64,000 bases of DNA from Abditibacteriaceae bacterium (GTDB taxonomy: Bacteria > Armatimonadota > Abditibacteriia > Abditibacteriales > Abditibacteriaceae), in NCBI GenBank assembly GCA_965277285.1, contig OZ255721.1:1952001-2016000 (forward strand), written 5' to 3'. This document shows positions 48,864 to 59,473 of this stretch, piece after piece (the stretch's first letter is position 1; every line of letters begins with the position of its first letter). The position numbers and the translations under genes were made by a program. The notes under the pieces were generated by a model. It saw nothing but the letters and a program-made list of their open reading frames with translations, made no database searches and was not told where the DNA came from.

Positions 48864-51200
48864 TTATACAGGTTGAGTTGGCGCCGGAGCACCTTGCTGA
48901 CGGCTCGATTTCTGGACAATCGCCATAAAATCGGCGTTGGTTTTCGTGTTGCGCAAGCGGTCAATCAACAAGTTAATCGCTTTATCGTTGTCCAATGCCG
49001 AAAGCGTGCGCCGCAAATGATAAGTCGCCGCCAGGTCGTCTTTGGTCAACAGCAAATCGTCGCGTCGGGTGCCGCTTTTGTTGATGTCAATCGCAGGAAA
49101 AATACGCTGATCGAACAAGTTGCGGTCGAGCACCAAATCCATGTTGCCCGTGCCCTTCAACTCCTCGAAGATGTATTCGTCCATGCGCGAGCCAGTGTCA
49201 ACCAGCACAGTCGCTAAAATCGTCAGGCTACCGCCTTCTTCGATGTTGCGCGCGGCGCCGAAAAGTCGCTTCGGTTTATACATCGCGGCGGGATCAAGTC
49301 CGCCCGACATGGTACGTCCGCTGGGTGCGACAACGAGGTTGGAAGCGCGGCTGAGGCGCGTAATCGAATCGAGCAGAATCACGACATCGCGCTTCTGCTC
49401 GACCATGCGCTTGGCTTTTTCCAGCACCATATCGGCGACGCGAATGTGGTTTTCCGGCATTTCGTCAAACGTCGAAGCCACGACTTCGCCACGCACGCTG
49501 CGCGCAATATCGGTCACTTCTTCGGGACGTTCGTCAATCAAAAGCACGATCAAATGCACATCGGGATGGTTCGCCATGATCGAGTTGGCGACGTTTTTAA
49601 TCAATGACGTTTTGCCAGCTTTGGGCGGCGCGACGATCAATCCGCGCTGACCTTTGCCAATGGGCGAAACCAGATCAATGATGCGCGCCGTGATATTTTC
49701 CTGCGTCGTTTCAAGGTTGAATTTTTCGTTCGGGAAAATCGGCGTCAACTTCTCGAACTCTTTGCGCACGCGCGTCACATCGGGCGCTTCGCCGTTGCAC
49801 GCTTCGACACGCAGCAATCCGTAATAGCGCTCCATTTCCTTGGGCGCGCGCACCTGACCCGACACGATATCGCCCGTTTTGAGGTTGAAGCGCTTGATCT
49901 GCGATTGCGAAATGTAGACGTCTTCGTTGCTGGAAAGATAACCTTCGGTTCGCAGAAAACCTTTGCCATCGGGCAAGATTTCCAGAATGCCTTTCTTGAA
50001 CAGGTTGCCCGAATTTTCGGCTTGCGCTTCCAAAATGCGCAAAACCAAATCGCTTTTCTGCATGCCCACTGCTGAATCAACGTTCAATTCTTTAGCGATT
50101 TCATGCAACTCAATCAAGTTCTTATCTTCCAAAGTCGTTAAATCAAGGTCATTTTGACCGCGCACCAAGTCGCGTTCGAGATTGCGCTCGGAATTACGAT
50201 TGTCGCGCGCCTCATCACGGTTGTTCTGCCCATTGTTGCGATTATTGTCGTTACGGTTGTTGTCGTTGCGATTGCCGTTGTTGTCGTTACGGTTATTATC
50301 GTTGCGATTGTTTTGCAAGCGACCTGGCTGCGTGTTTTGGCTGTTGTCATTGCGCGCGTTACGATTGCCGTTGCCGTTCGCGTTATTGCTGTTGTTGCCA
50401 GTACCGACATTGCCAGTGCCGCCTTCGAAACGCGTGCGGAAGCCGCGTGCATCGTTGCGGCGCAGTTCGGCGCGCCCTTCGCGTCCGCGAAAACGCAAGC
50501 CGCGATCACCACGATTATCAGCGCGCGCATCCGAACGCACATCGTTACGACGCTCTTCGCGCACTTCGGGCAAACGCACGGTGCGCGGCATCGCGGCTTC
50601 CTGCGGCGCCTGGCTTTGGCCGATCTCATTGTTTATTGCATGAGTTTCGCCACGCGTCGCACCGCTTCGAGTACTCGAATTGGGCGTTCCTTCTTCAGGC
50701 GCCCCGTTCTGCGAGAACTCATTTTGCTCAGGTCGATTTTCTTTTCCCTCAGGAGAATTACGTTCTTGCGCCAGACGTTCTGGTAATTTACGTTCCGGTG
50801 CTTGTTCAGACTGCCCTTGTTCATGGTCAGCCATGTCACTGCGTGGAGTTTCTTCGCGCACCGCATCGTTCGCCGTTGCATCGTTCGCTGTTGCATCGTT
50901 CGCTGTTGCATCGTTCGCTGTTGCATCGTTCGCCACGGGAATAAAAGTGAGCTGATCGGCGCTGGCTTTTTCCGTTTTCTCGGATGCATTCACCACGCGC
51001 GTAGCGACTTTACGCGTGGTGCTTTTTTCACGCCGAGGTGTCGTTCTTTTGGCAGACGCAGACGCCTTTGCCGTCGCTTTAGGCGAGGCTTTAACGCCCG
51101 TTTCTTCACCGCGCGCAGGAATTTCTTCCTGGTGTTCTGCACCGGAATTTTCTGAATTTGTGGCACCGGAATCGAACCGGCTATTGTCTTCGATCATCAT
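48864..51200 (-). CDS. rho: Transcription termination factor Rho with a ~340-aa disordered, Asn/Arg-rich N-terminus
   Basis: DVYISQSQI, GKGQRGLIVAPPKAGKT, LLIDERPEEVTD and DSITRL. Confidence 0.97.
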   Translation of the reverse strand: MMIEDNSRFDSGATNSENSGAEHQEEIPARGEETGVKASPKATAKASASAKRTTPRREKSTTRKVATRVVNASEKTEKASADQLTFIPVANDATANDATANDATANDATANDAVREETPRSDMADHEQGQSEQAPERKLPERLAQERNSPEGKENRPEQNEFSQNGAPEEGTPNSSTRSGATRGETHAINNEIGQSQAPQEAAMPRTVRLPEVREERRNDVRSDARADNRGDRGLRFRGREGRAELRRNDARGFRTRFEGGTGNVGTGNNSNNANGNGNRNARNDNSQNTQPGRLQNNRNDNNRNDNNGNRNDNNRNDNNRNNGQNNRDEARDNRNSERNLERDLVRGQNDLDLTTLEDKNLIELHEIAKELNVDSAVGMQKSDLVLRILEAQAENSGNLFKKGILEILPDGKGFLRTEGYLSSNEDVYISQSQIKRFNLKTGDIVSGQVRAPKEMERYYGLLRVEACNGEAPDVTRVRKEFEKLTPIFPNEKFNLETTQENITARIIDLVSPIGKGQRGLIVAPPKAGKTSLIKNVANSIMANHPDVHLIVLLIDERPEEVTDIARSVRGEVVASTFDEMPENHIRVADMVLEKAKRMVEQKRDVVILLDSITRLSRASNLVVAPSGRTMSGGLDPAAMYKPKRLFGAARNIEEGGSLTILATVLVDTGSRMDEYIFEELKGTGNMDLVLDRNLFDQRIFPAIDINKSGTRRDDLLLTKDDLAATYHLRRTLSALDNDKAINLLIDRLRNTKTNADFMAIVQKSSRQQGAPAPTQPV
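50863..50934 (-). repeat. 15-bp tandem repeat, about x5 (ANDAT), in rho
   Basis: GCATCGTTCGCTGTT units. Confidence 0.9.
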
Positions 51201-51491
51201 GTAAAAAACCTCGAAAGGCGTTTGCGAACCATATTTTGAGTAGAAATGGGGATTGCGGAGAGAAGGCGCATCGGCAACAAGGAGCCTTTGACAGAACTTA
51301 TTTAGGAACCGTGATGTAGTTTCTTCTTACTGTGGCGTTCGATTACGCTTAAGAAACGAGAAATGCTGTCTTAGAAACCAATGGCAGGCCGCAAATTTTG
51401 AAGAGTTGAGCACAAAGCATCCAAACGGCGAGACATCAAAAAGGACCGAGCGAGAAAGGCAATCAGCTAACAAGATTAGCTAACGACCAAC

Positions 51492-52082
51492 TTATTTGCC
51501 GCCGTAAACTTCGGGGCGTAGAATTCCAACGTAGGGGAGATTGCGATAGCGTTGGGCAAAATCCAAGCCGTAACCGACCACATATTCGTCTGGCACTTCA
51601 AAACCAACGTAATCGACATTGACTTTGGTCAGGCGGCGGCTCGGCTTGTCCAACATCGAGCACACTTTGACGCTCGCCACATTACGATGGCGCATTGCAT
51701 CCAGCAAATAATTGAGAGTCAAGCCCGTATCGACAATATCTTCAACGATAATGACGTGGCGACTTTCCACGCTTTCGTCCAAATCTTTGATGATGCGCAC
51801 CACGCCGGACGAGCGCGATTCCTTGCCGTAAGAAGAAATCGCCACATAATCCAAAAAGCACGGCTCCGTAATATGACGCAACAAATCTGCCGTAAAGATG
51901 GCGGCGCCCACCAAAACTCCTACGACAACCGGCTCTTTGCCTTCGTAGTCGCGCGAAATCTGCGCGCCGAGTGCTGCCACGCGAGCCGCCATTTGTTCAG
52001 CGGAAATCAGCACCTCCTGAATATCGGCTTCAGAAGGGCGCAAATCGGACGACAATTGTTCGGGGCGGAAAGGGTGAAGCAT
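51492..52082 (-). CDS. hpt: Hypoxanthine phosphoribosyltransferase
   Basis: IIVEDIVDTGLTL and YVVGYGLDFAQRYRNLPY. Confidence 0.96.
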   Translation of the reverse strand: MLHPFRPEQLSSDLRPSEADIQEVLISAEQMAARVAALGAQISRDYEGKEPVVVGVLVGAAIFTADLLRHITEPCFLDYVAISSYGKESRSSGVVRIIKDLDESVESRHVIIVEDIVDTGLTLNYLLDAMRHRNVASVKVCSMLDKPSRRLTKVNVDYVGFEVPDEYVVGYGLDFAQRYRNLPYVGILRPEVYGGK

Positions 52083-52164
52083 ATCTTGAGGGTTGATAGG
52101 TGAGGGATAAAGGATAAAAGAAACGAGTACTCGAAAGTCCTACGCGTCCCTCCTCTTTTTCACC

Positions 52165-52395
52165 TCATCCCTGTTCATCGACGGGTTCGGAAATCAGTTT
52201 CAGAATAATCGTGCGCAGCAGTTTGACTTCGTGCTCCAGGTCATCGTGCTGTGCTGCCAAACGACGCAAAGCGTCTTCGGTCGAAGCGCCACCAGCGAAA
52301 ATATCCACAGGTTTCGCGCCATCGCTTTGCGCGCGCTCAATCTCTTCTTCGATAGCTTGACGAAACGCTAAAACAACATCGTCTTCATTTGCCAT
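52165..52395 (-). CDS. Small hypothetical protein
   Basis: GGAGG SD before MANEDD; helical, charged 76 aa. Confidence 0.65.
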   Translation of the reverse strand: MANEDDVVLAFRQAIEEEIERAQSDGAKPVDIFAGGASTEDALRRLAAQHDDLEHEVKLLRTIILKLISEPVDEQG

Positions 52396-52501
52396 AACAA
52401 CCTCCAGAAATGAGGAATATCGAGTACTCGAAAGTGCAACGGCATCGTTCGAGTCCGGCTTTTGCATTCATCGTTTCGTATTCATCATTCATCATTTTTG
52501 C

Positions 52502-54046
52502 CTATTCCCACTCAATCGTTGCGGGCGGTTTACTTGTCACGTCATAAACCACGCGATTAATTCCGGGAACTTCGTTCACGATGCGGTTGGAAATGCGCTC
52601 CAGAACTTCATACGGAATGCGCGCCCAATCGCTTGTCATGCCGTCTTCGGAAGTGACCGCACGAATCACAATCGGATGCGCATAAGTTCGCTGATCGCCC
52701 ATCACGCCAACGCTTTTCACGGTTGGCGTCAAGACCGCAAAACATTGCCAAATTTGGCGATACAATCCGGCGCGCTTCACTTCTTCAATCAAGATCGCAT
52801 CAGCTTCGCGCGCGATTTCCAGGCGTTCTTCGGTCACATCGCCGATGATGCGAATGGCCAAACCTGGCCCGGGAAACGGTTGTCGCCATACCATTTCCGA
52901 TGGCATTCCCAACTCTTCGCCCAAGACGCGCACTTCGTCTTTGAAAAGCGTGCGAAACGGCTCGATCAGCTTGAAATCCATGTCTTCGGGCAAGCCGCCG
53001 ACGTTGTGGTGCGTCTTGATTTTCGCCGCTTTGCCCGACCCACTTTCGATGACATCGGGATAGAGCGTTCCCTGTGCCAAAAACTTCATCGCGCCCAAGC
53101 GTTTCGTTTCGCGTTCAAAAGTCGCCACAAACTCGTTGCCGATTTTGATGCGTTTTTCTTCCGGCTTAGTGACGCCTTCCAACAGTTTCAGGAATCGAGT
53201 ACTCGCATCGACATATTCAAAATTGATGTCCTGATATTGCTGCGTAAAAGTCTTGCAAACCTGATCGGCTTCATTTTTCCGCAAAAACCCGTGATTGACG
53301 AACAAGCACGTCATCTGCTTTCCGACCGCGCGATGAATCAAAACCGCCGCCACCGCTGAATCGACGCCGCCCGAAAGCGCGCATAAAACCCGATCTTTGC
53401 CGACCATTTCGCGGATGCGCTCGGTTTCGGTCTCGACAAAGTTTTCCATCGTCCACGAACCGCTGCAGCCGCATTCGTGAAGAAAATTGCGGATGATCTC
53501 GATGCCCCACGGCGTATGCACGACTTCGGGATGAAACTGCACTCCAAACAACTTCTTCTCGACGTTGGCCATCGAAGCAATCGGGCAAGAAACTGTACTC
53601 GCCGTCCCGACAAAGCCCGGCGGCGCTTCCAAAACGTAATCGCCGTGACTCATCCAGCAAATCAAGCGTTCGTTCAAGCCATCATACAGCGGCGCGCCAC
53701 GTTCGACGTGCAATTCTGTTTTGCCGAATTCTTTCTTATCCGCAGGCGTGACGCGCCCGCCCATCATATGCGCCATCAATTGGTGGCCGTAGCAAATGCC
53801 CAAAATTGGCACGCCGGAGTGGAACAATCCGTCGGCGCATTGCGGCGCTTCGCCTTCATAAACGGAACTCGGCCCACCCGAAAAAATGACGCCTTTGGGG
53901 TTGTGCGCAAGGATTTTCTCCAGCGGCGCATCGTGCGGCATAATTTCGCAATAAACTTTGCAGGCGCGCACCTTCCGCGCGATCAACTGCGCGTACTGCG
54001 CCCCGAAATCGAGGACGATAATTGTTTCGTTAGAAATTGAACTCAT
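52502..54046 (-). CDS. guaA: GMP synthase (glutamine-hydrolysing)
   Basis: [36 protein letters not shown] and KPPATIEWE. Confidence 0.98.
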   Translation of the reverse strand: MSSISNETIIVLDFGAQYAQLIARKVRACKVYCEIMPHDAPLEKILAHNPKGVIFSGGPSSVYEGEAPQCADGLFHSGVPILGICYGHQLMAHMMGGRVTPADKKEFGKTELHVERGAPLYDGLNERLICWMSHGDYVLEAPPGFVGTASTVSCPIASMANVEKKLFGVQFHPEVVHTPWGIEIIRNFLHECGCSGSWTMENFVETETERIREMVGKDRVLCALSGGVDSAVAAVLIHRAVGKQMTCLFVNHGFLRKNEADQVCKTFTQQYQDINFEYVDASTRFLKLLEGVTKPEEKRIKIGNEFVATFERETKRLGAMKFLAQGTLYPDVIESGSGKAAKIKTHHNVGGLPEDMDFKLIEPFRTLFKDEVRVLGEELGMPSEMVWRQPFPGPGLAIRIIGDVTEERLEIAREADAILIEEVKRAGLYRQIWQCFAVLTPTVKSVGVMGDQRTYAHPIVIRAVTSEDGMTSDWARIPYEVLERISNRIVNEVPGINRVVYDVTSKPPATIEWE

Positions 54047-54360
54047 TGAGATTTGTGCTTTGATTGCGGCTTCTTATCTAACAAGTTTCCAATGACTTTT
54101 GTGCAAAGCAATAAAATTAAAAAAGGCGGAGAACACACGCATAAAATTGGTCCACAAAGTAAAAGACCAGCGACGAAGCCCAAAGGCAGACCAACAGTTA
54201 TAGATAACAATAAAGGAAAATGATCGTCTTTATACAAGACATACATCATTCCAGGTATACCGATAATTAAGCCCAATCCGAAACAAATCTTCATCACAAC
54301 TTCGGCAAGAAAGAACAAGATAAATCGTTCCAGCTTGTTTACGGCACTTCGGAAAGTCAC
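54043..54360 (-). CDS. AT-rich small membrane protein
   Basis: Hydrophobic 105-aa ORF with 4-bp stop/start overlaps on both sides. Confidence 0.65.
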   Translation of the reverse strand: MTFRSAVNKLERFILFFLAEVVMKICFGLGLIIGIPGMMYVLYKDDHFPLLLSITVGLPLGFVAGLLLCGPILCVCSPPFLILLLCTKVIGNLLDKKPQSKHKSQ

Positions 54361-55514
54361 TTTCCCTGTCCAACGTGCTGATCGAACTGCTGCCGTTTGC
54401 CTTCGGTTTGCAACGCCGGAGCAATCAGCAACTCGGCGCCTTGCATTTCCTTGATTGTCAAAACGCCGCAGCTTCCCATTCCCAAACGCAACGCGCCGAC
54501 AAAGTTCATCGTGCCGTCGTCGCGTGTCGCCGGGCCATGGAAAATTTGTTCCAAAGGTGCGCCGCGACCGACTTTAATGCGTGTTCCGCGCGGAAGTCCG
54601 ACCGAACTCGTCGCCATGCCCCAATGATAACCGCGTCCTGGCGCATCTTTGGAACCGGCAATCGGCTGACCCATCATCACGCCGTCGGCGCCGCAGGCAA
54701 TCGCTTTGCAAACATCGCCGCCGTTGCGCAAACCGCCATCAGCAATAACCGGCACATAACGTCCGGTTTTCTTTTCGTAATCTTCGCGCGCCGCCGCCGC
54801 ATCCGCAATCGCCGTTCCCTGGGGCACGCCAAGCCCGAGTACGCGACGCGTTGTGCAAGCGGCACCTGGCCCGACGCCCACCAAAACCGCGGCGGCTCCC
54901 GCTTCCATCAAACTTAGGGTGCCGTCATAATTGCAGCAATTGCCGATGATAACCGGAACACCGGCATTGGCGCAGATTTGCGAAAGGTCGAAATCGCTGC
55001 CTTTGCTGGATTTGTATTTGGCAGTCGTCGCGCTGCTTTGAATCACAATCGCGTCGGCTCCCGCTTCGACGGCCACTTTCGAGTACTCGATGCCCAGCGG
55101 CGTGAACGACAGAACCGCGCGTCCGCCTTTTTCCTTAATTTCGCGCACGCGACGTGCGATCAATTCCGGCTTGACAGGTTCTTTATAAAGGCTTTGAATC
55201 AGCGGAATTACAGTTTCGACAGGCTCTTCGATGATTTGGGAAATGCGCGCGTTCGCGTCTTCGTAGCGCGTGAACAAACCTTCGCCGTTTAGAACCGCTA
55301 ACCCGCCGATCCGATTCATTTCAATTGCGAGCGCGACATCGACGGCGCCGTCCATCGCAGAAGCAAGAAAGGGAATCTCAAACTTGAGGTTGCCGATATG
55401 GAGCGAAATGTCGGTGTCGGCAGGATCGACGGCGATGGTGCCAGGCGCGAGCGCGAGTTCATCCAATCCGTAAGCGCGGCGCGCCACGCGGCGTCCGCCA
55501 ATTGTCTTTTCCAT
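54357..55514 (-). CDS. guaB: GuaB3-family IMP dehydrogenase
   Basis: [32 protein letters not shown] and GYHWGMAT; no CBS domain. Confidence 0.92.
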   Translation of the reverse strand: MEKTIGGRRVARRAYGLDELALAPGTIAVDPADTDISLHIGNLKFEIPFLASAMDGAVDVALAIEMNRIGGLAVLNGEGLFTRYEDANARISQIIEEPVETVIPLIQSLYKEPVKPELIARRVREIKEKGGRAVLSFTPLGIEYSKVAVEAGADAIVIQSSATTAKYKSSKGSDFDLSQICANAGVPVIIGNCCNYDGTLSLMEAGAAAVLVGVGPGAACTTRRVLGLGVPQGTAIADAAAAREDYEKKTGRYVPVIADGGLRNGGDVCKAIACGADGVMMGQPIAGSKDAPGRGYHWGMATSSVGLPRGTRIKVGRGAPLEQIFHGPATRDDGTMNFVGALRLGMGSCGVLTIKEMQGAELLIAPALQTEGKRQQFDQHVGQGK

Positions 55515-55661
55515 GATTGATGTCTGAGTTGAAGTCGAAGCCCGCGAAGTCGGAAGAGGAGTTGTGGCTGAGGAATGTCGGTTGCAACGGGTTCATTCAA
55601 TTCTAAAACAACCACGCGCGAAAGTCAAACCCAATCGAGTACTCGATTGGGTTTTGTTGCC

Positions 55662-56780
55662 TCAGCCTTTCAAATTCTCGGGATTCAAGCCGTGCAAACT
55701 TTCCGGCACGAAGATGCCGTTGTCGCGGATCAGTTCGCCGTCGAAAAAAATCTGGCCGCCGCCGAAATCCGGGCGCTGAATGCAAACCATGTCCCAATGC
55801 ACTTCGCTGCGATTGCCGTTGTCAGCTTGCTCGTAGGCTTGGCCGGGCGTGAAATGAAAGCTGCCGGCAATTTTTTCGTCGAACAAAATGTCTTTCATCG
55901 GCTGCGTAATCCACGGATTGAACGCCAGGCTCCATTCGCCGATGTAGCGCGCGCCTTCGTCGCTGTCCAAAACTTCGTTCAGCTTGTCCGTGTTGCTGCT
56001 CGTCGCCTCGATAACTTTGCCGTCTTTGAGTTTCAAGCGAACGTTGTCATGTGTCACGCCGTGTTCAATCGTCGGCGTGTTGAAAGAGATTTCGCCGTTC
56101 ACGCTGTCGCGCACGGGCGCCGTGAAACATTCGCCATCGGGAATATTGTGCATGCCAAAGCACGGAATCACGCCGATGTCCTTGATCGAAAACTCCAGAT
56201 TGGTGCCCGGCCCAGTAATGAGTACTCGATCTGTGCGCTCCATACGTTCCTGCAAAGGTTCGCAGGCGCGCTGCATTTTCGAGTAGTCCATCGTGCAAAC
56301 GTCGAAGAAAAACTGCTCGAAGGCTTCGGTACTCATTTGCGCTTGCTGCGCCATCGAAGGCGTCGGAAAGCGCAGAACGCACCAGCGCGTTTTCTTGACG
56401 CGCTGTTCCATGTGAACCGGATGCGTCCAATGTTGCGCGAACAATTTCATGCGTTCGCCAGGAACATCACTCAATTCGGCGATATTGTGGCCGCCGCGAA
56501 CAGCAATGTAAACCGCGACTTGCTTCATCTGATGCAGCGCTGTGTCCGCGTTCAGTTTCATCGAATCTTCAGTGGCGCCCTGCAGAAGCGCGCGCGAAAC
56601 TGTCGATTGGCGAATGTTCACCATCGGGTTGCCGTTCGCTTCCTGCGCCGCACGCAGCAACGCGACCGTCATTTCCGGTGGCGTATCGAAGGCTTCGATG
56701 AGGATGTTTTCGCCTGGTTGCAGCTTGGTTGAATGTTGAATCAATGTCGTAGCGAGTTTGTCGAATCGTGGATCGTGCAT
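55662..56780 (-). CDS. M29 family aminopeptidase (PepS/AmpS-like)
   Basis: NIPDGECFTAP, DEGARYIGE, LFDEKIAGSFHFTPG and SEVHWDMV. Confidence 0.93.
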   Translation of the reverse strand: MHDPRFDKLATTLIQHSTKLQPGENILIEAFDTPPEMTVALLRAAQEANGNPMVNIRQSTVSRALLQGATEDSMKLNADTALHQMKQVAVYIAVRGGHNIAELSDVPGERMKLFAQHWTHPVHMEQRVKKTRWCVLRFPTPSMAQQAQMSTEAFEQFFFDVCTMDYSKMQRACEPLQERMERTDRVLITGPGTNLEFSIKDIGVIPCFGMHNIPDGECFTAPVRDSVNGEISFNTPTIEHGVTHDNVRLKLKDGKVIEATSSNTDKLNEVLDSDEGARYIGEWSLAFNPWITQPMKDILFDEKIAGSFHFTPGQAYEQADNGNRSEVHWDMVCIQRPDFGGGQIFFDGELIRDNGIFVPESLHGLNPENLKG

Positions 56781-56798
56781 AGAGAATTTCCTGATGAC

Positions 56799-56886
56799 TA
56801 ACGAACCCTGAGCGTCAGCGACGGGCTTGCCTATCAATTTCGTATGGCTGTTACTTTAGCCCGTCGCTGACGCTGCGGGTTCGTTA
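56799..56886. repeat. REP-like family A, copy 6
   Basis: TAACGAACCCTGAGCGTCAGCGACGGGCT...AGCCCGTCGCTGACGCTGCGGGTTCGTTA. Confidence 0.85.
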
Positions 56887-56892
56887 AGTGAC

Positions 56893-57303
56893 TTAATTAT
56901 TCGTCGAAATTGGAGCGCCACAATGCGGGCAATGCGCGTATTGACCGATATAAAACTTGCCGCAATGGTCACAGATTTTGCTTCGAGTACTCGATGGCGC
57001 GTCTTGCACACCGGGAATCGGGACGCGCGGGAACAAGTTATTTGACGCGTCGGATGAGTCCAATTGTGCGCCGTTTTTCAGCTTTGGCCGCAAGATGAAC
57101 CACATCGGCAAAACGACGATCAACGCCATTAACGTTCCAAAACCCCACCAGAACGCCGACCACGCATTGACGCCACGCGTGCGCGCATCATTGACGACCC
57201 ACAACGCGACCATCGCCGTGAGAAAAAGCGCGAACATCTGCATTTGCACTTGCGGGTCACGCATCGCTGGGTTGTTATAAGGATTCATAAAGTCGCTTTT
57301 CAT
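56893..57303 (-). CDS. Membrane protein with C-terminal Zn ribbon
   Basis: WVVNDARTRG TM hairpin; CDHC...CPHCG. Confidence 0.75.
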   Translation of the reverse strand: MKSDFMNPYNNPAMRDPQVQMQMFALFLTAMVALWVVNDARTRGVNAWSAFWWGFGTLMALIVVLPMWFILRPKLKNGAQLDSSDASNNLFPRVPIPGVQDAPSSTRSKICDHCGKFYIGQYAHCPHCGAPISTNN

Positions 57304-57680
57304 GTTAATTTATTCAGTCCGCAATGCGCCCACAAATACACGGTTTCGTGGCACTTGTCGCAACGATACCAACCGCAATTCATCTCGACTGACCGCGCAT
57401 CCAATTTCGTACCACAACTGCGACAATCGAACCCAAAATCCCAGCTTTGGTCGAATTGCGGCAGCGTCAGTTTGCCTTGATGGTGACGCAGATGACAATT
57501 GAAACACAGCAAAACGATGTTCTCGATTTCATCGCTGCCGCCTTCGCTTTGCGCCCGAACGTGATGATACTCGAAACCGCGATGATAGTTTTGTTGCGAT
57601 AACGGCTCGCGCCCGCAAACGCGACACCGCAAAGCATCGCGCAAGTTGGCCTGGAAACACACACGATTGGTTAAAGCCAT
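57300..57680 (-). CDS. HNH endonuclease domain protein with an extra Zn ribbon
   Basis: RDALRCRVCG...EYHHVRAQSEGGSDEIENIVLLCFNCHLRHH, then CRSC and CDKC. Confidence 0.85.
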   Translation of the reverse strand: MALTNRVCFQANLRDALRCRVCGREPLSQQNYHRGFEYHHVRAQSEGGSDEIENIVLLCFNCHLRHHQGKLTLPQFDQSWDFGFDCRSCGTKLDARSVEMNCGWYRCDKCHETVYLWAHCGLNKLT

Positions 57681-57700
57681 AACTTCGAGTACTCGATGGG

Positions 57701-57801
57701 GAAGTTGAACCACCAAGACACGAAGAACAGCAAGAGAAAAGGAAAGACTGCAAAGTCTTGAAGTTCGATTTCCCCTCTTCGTGTCTTGGTGGTTCAACTT
57801 C
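57701..57801. repeat. Inverted-repeat element family E, copy 1
   Basis: GAAGTTGAACCACCAAGACACGAAG...CTTCGTGTCTTGGTGGTTCAACTTC. Confidence 0.85.
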
Positions 57802-57816
57802 CGTATGCTTCTGTGA

Positions 57817-58815
57817 CTATTTCGCCAACTGTTTTTGTGCCAGCAACGCTGCGCCAACCGCCGCTTCAAATTGCGGACGAACGATTTTCCAGCCGGAAAG
57901 CGGCCAGTAATCGCGCTTCAGTTCGACCAATCGTTCACCGATTTGATAGCCGACCTGCCCGCGAAAATGATCGTCTTCAAATAAGCCACCGCGCAAAGCG
58001 ACCGCAATTTCTATCGCTTTTGGCGCTTCAAGACCGGCGTGTTCACGAGCGCGCGTCATCATATTGCGAGAAACGCAAACCACCGAATTCGCCAAATGAT
58101 GGACGGCTTTCTCGCGGATTTTTCCGGCGACCTGACCGCCGCCATTGGCGACATCGAAGACGACTTGGGATAGTTTCGCAATCTGCTCGCGCTTCAAAAC
58201 CGGAGAATAAACCAGTTGCACCAGTTGATCGCAATCGGCAACTTCCATCGTGTTAAGTACAGCCGACAGCAAGCGCGTTTGTGGCCCGCGACCATCTTGC
58301 GCGCGGCAAACCGCTTTCAAGGCTTCCTGACCAATCCAGTAGCCGCCGCCTTCATCGCCCAAAATCGGCCCCCAGCCATCGGCGAAAAACCGCTCGCCGC
58401 GTTGGTTCACAGCGAAACAAATCGCGCCGGTTCCCGCGCTGAGAATAATGCCTTCGCCGCCCGCGAACGCGCCGGAATGCGCGGCAGCCGCATCGTGATC
58501 GAGCACGAAAGGGCGTCCGTCCACAATTGGCATCAAATGACCACGCATTTTTCGTGCGTCGTTTTCGCGGCGCACGCCGGCCAAGCCAAAACCCCACGCT
58601 GCGATGTCGTATTTGCGCAGATTGCGCTCGATGCGACAAGCGTCGGCAAACGCCAGATGCGCTGCCTCGCCGCAATTTTGCGCCGCCACAGAAGCGCCCA
58701 CCGCATAATGATTGCTGGCGCCGCTTTGCCCTCGCCCGATAATTTGAAAGACATCGTTCACGATGACAGCTTTTGTAGCGCTGCCGCCGCCATCAATGCC
58801 CAGGAAAAATCGCAT
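57817..58815 (-). CDS. BadF/BadG/BcrA/BcrD family sugar (GlcNAc/MurNAc) kinase
   Basis: LGIDGGGSAT, ILSAGTGA and DGWGPILGDEGGGYWIG. Confidence 0.9.
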   Translation of the reverse strand: MRFFLGIDGGGSATKAVIVNDVFQIIGRGQSGASNHYAVGASVAAQNCGEAAHLAFADACRIERNLRKYDIAAWGFGLAGVRRENDARKMRGHLMPIVDGRPFVLDHDAAAAHSGAFAGGEGIILSAGTGAICFAVNQRGERFFADGWGPILGDEGGGYWIGQEALKAVCRAQDGRGPQTRLLSAVLNTMEVADCDQLVQLVYSPVLKREQIAKLSQVVFDVANGGGQVAGKIREKAVHHLANSVVCVSRNMMTRAREHAGLEAPKAIEIAVALRGGLFEDDHFRGQVGYQIGERLVELKRDYWPLSGWKIVRPQFEAAVGAALLAQKQLAK

Positions 58816-58906
58816 GGTGAAAGTTTACGATTTTCGACTTAAAATTGTCTGTACGTTCCGGTTCTCAATCGAGTACTCGACTGAGAAACTGTGGAATAAT
58901 GGCTGT

Positions 58907-59446
58907 ATGTTAGGTTTGAATAGCCCTCAATGGAAGCAATTGCAGCATGCCTACGGTTCAGCGGAAGGTATTCCACGGTTGTTAGAGCAACTTCTCAGCG
59001 CGCCTGAAAAACCCGAAGATTACCTCACTGAACCCTGGTTTTCGCTGTGGAGCGCGCTTTGTCATCAAGGCGATGTGTATTCCGCTTTTTACGCCGCCGT
59101 GCCGCATATCGTGCAGAGTGCATCTTTGAAAGCGGCGAATGAGCGATTGGATGCCGTTCATCTGGCCATGTGCATTGAGGCAAGCCGCAACAGAAAAGCT
59201 GCGCCAAAAATGCCAGATGATCTCGCTGTCGCTTATTTCCAGGCGCTGCAACAATTGCGATTGCTGATTTGCGAAAGTCTGCTACTAAAACTCGCAACCG
59301 AGGACGAGGCCAAAATACTTCTGGGCGGCCTAGCCATCGTGGACGGTTTGCCAAACTTCGGCATGGCCGTTCTGGAACTGCCGGAACCGAACGCTTGTCC
59401 CAATTGCGAAACTTACGTGCCGCCGCTTGGTTACGATTTGGAATAA
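58907..59446 (+). CDS. Conserved hypothetical protein
   Basis: WKQLQHAYGSAEGIP...LWSALCHQGDVYSA..AAVPH; function unknown. Confidence 0.75.
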   Translation: MLGLNSPQWKQLQHAYGSAEGIPRLLEQLLSAPEKPEDYLTEPWFSLWSALCHQGDVYSAFYAAVPHIVQSASLKAANERLDAVHLAMCIEASRNRKAAPKMPDDLAVAYFQALQQLRLLICESLLLKLATEDEAKILLGGLAIVDGLPNFGMAVLELPEPNACPNCETYVPPLGYDLE

Positions 59447-59473
59447 AAACGGGACGCTGATGCCGCAAACGCT

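Noticed and set aside
51201..51491. Possible attenuator or riboswitch in the long rho leader
   Set aside because: No recognisable conserved structure or motif.
55575..56732. 385-aa + strand ORF
   Set aside because: Antisense shadow of the M29 aminopeptidase.
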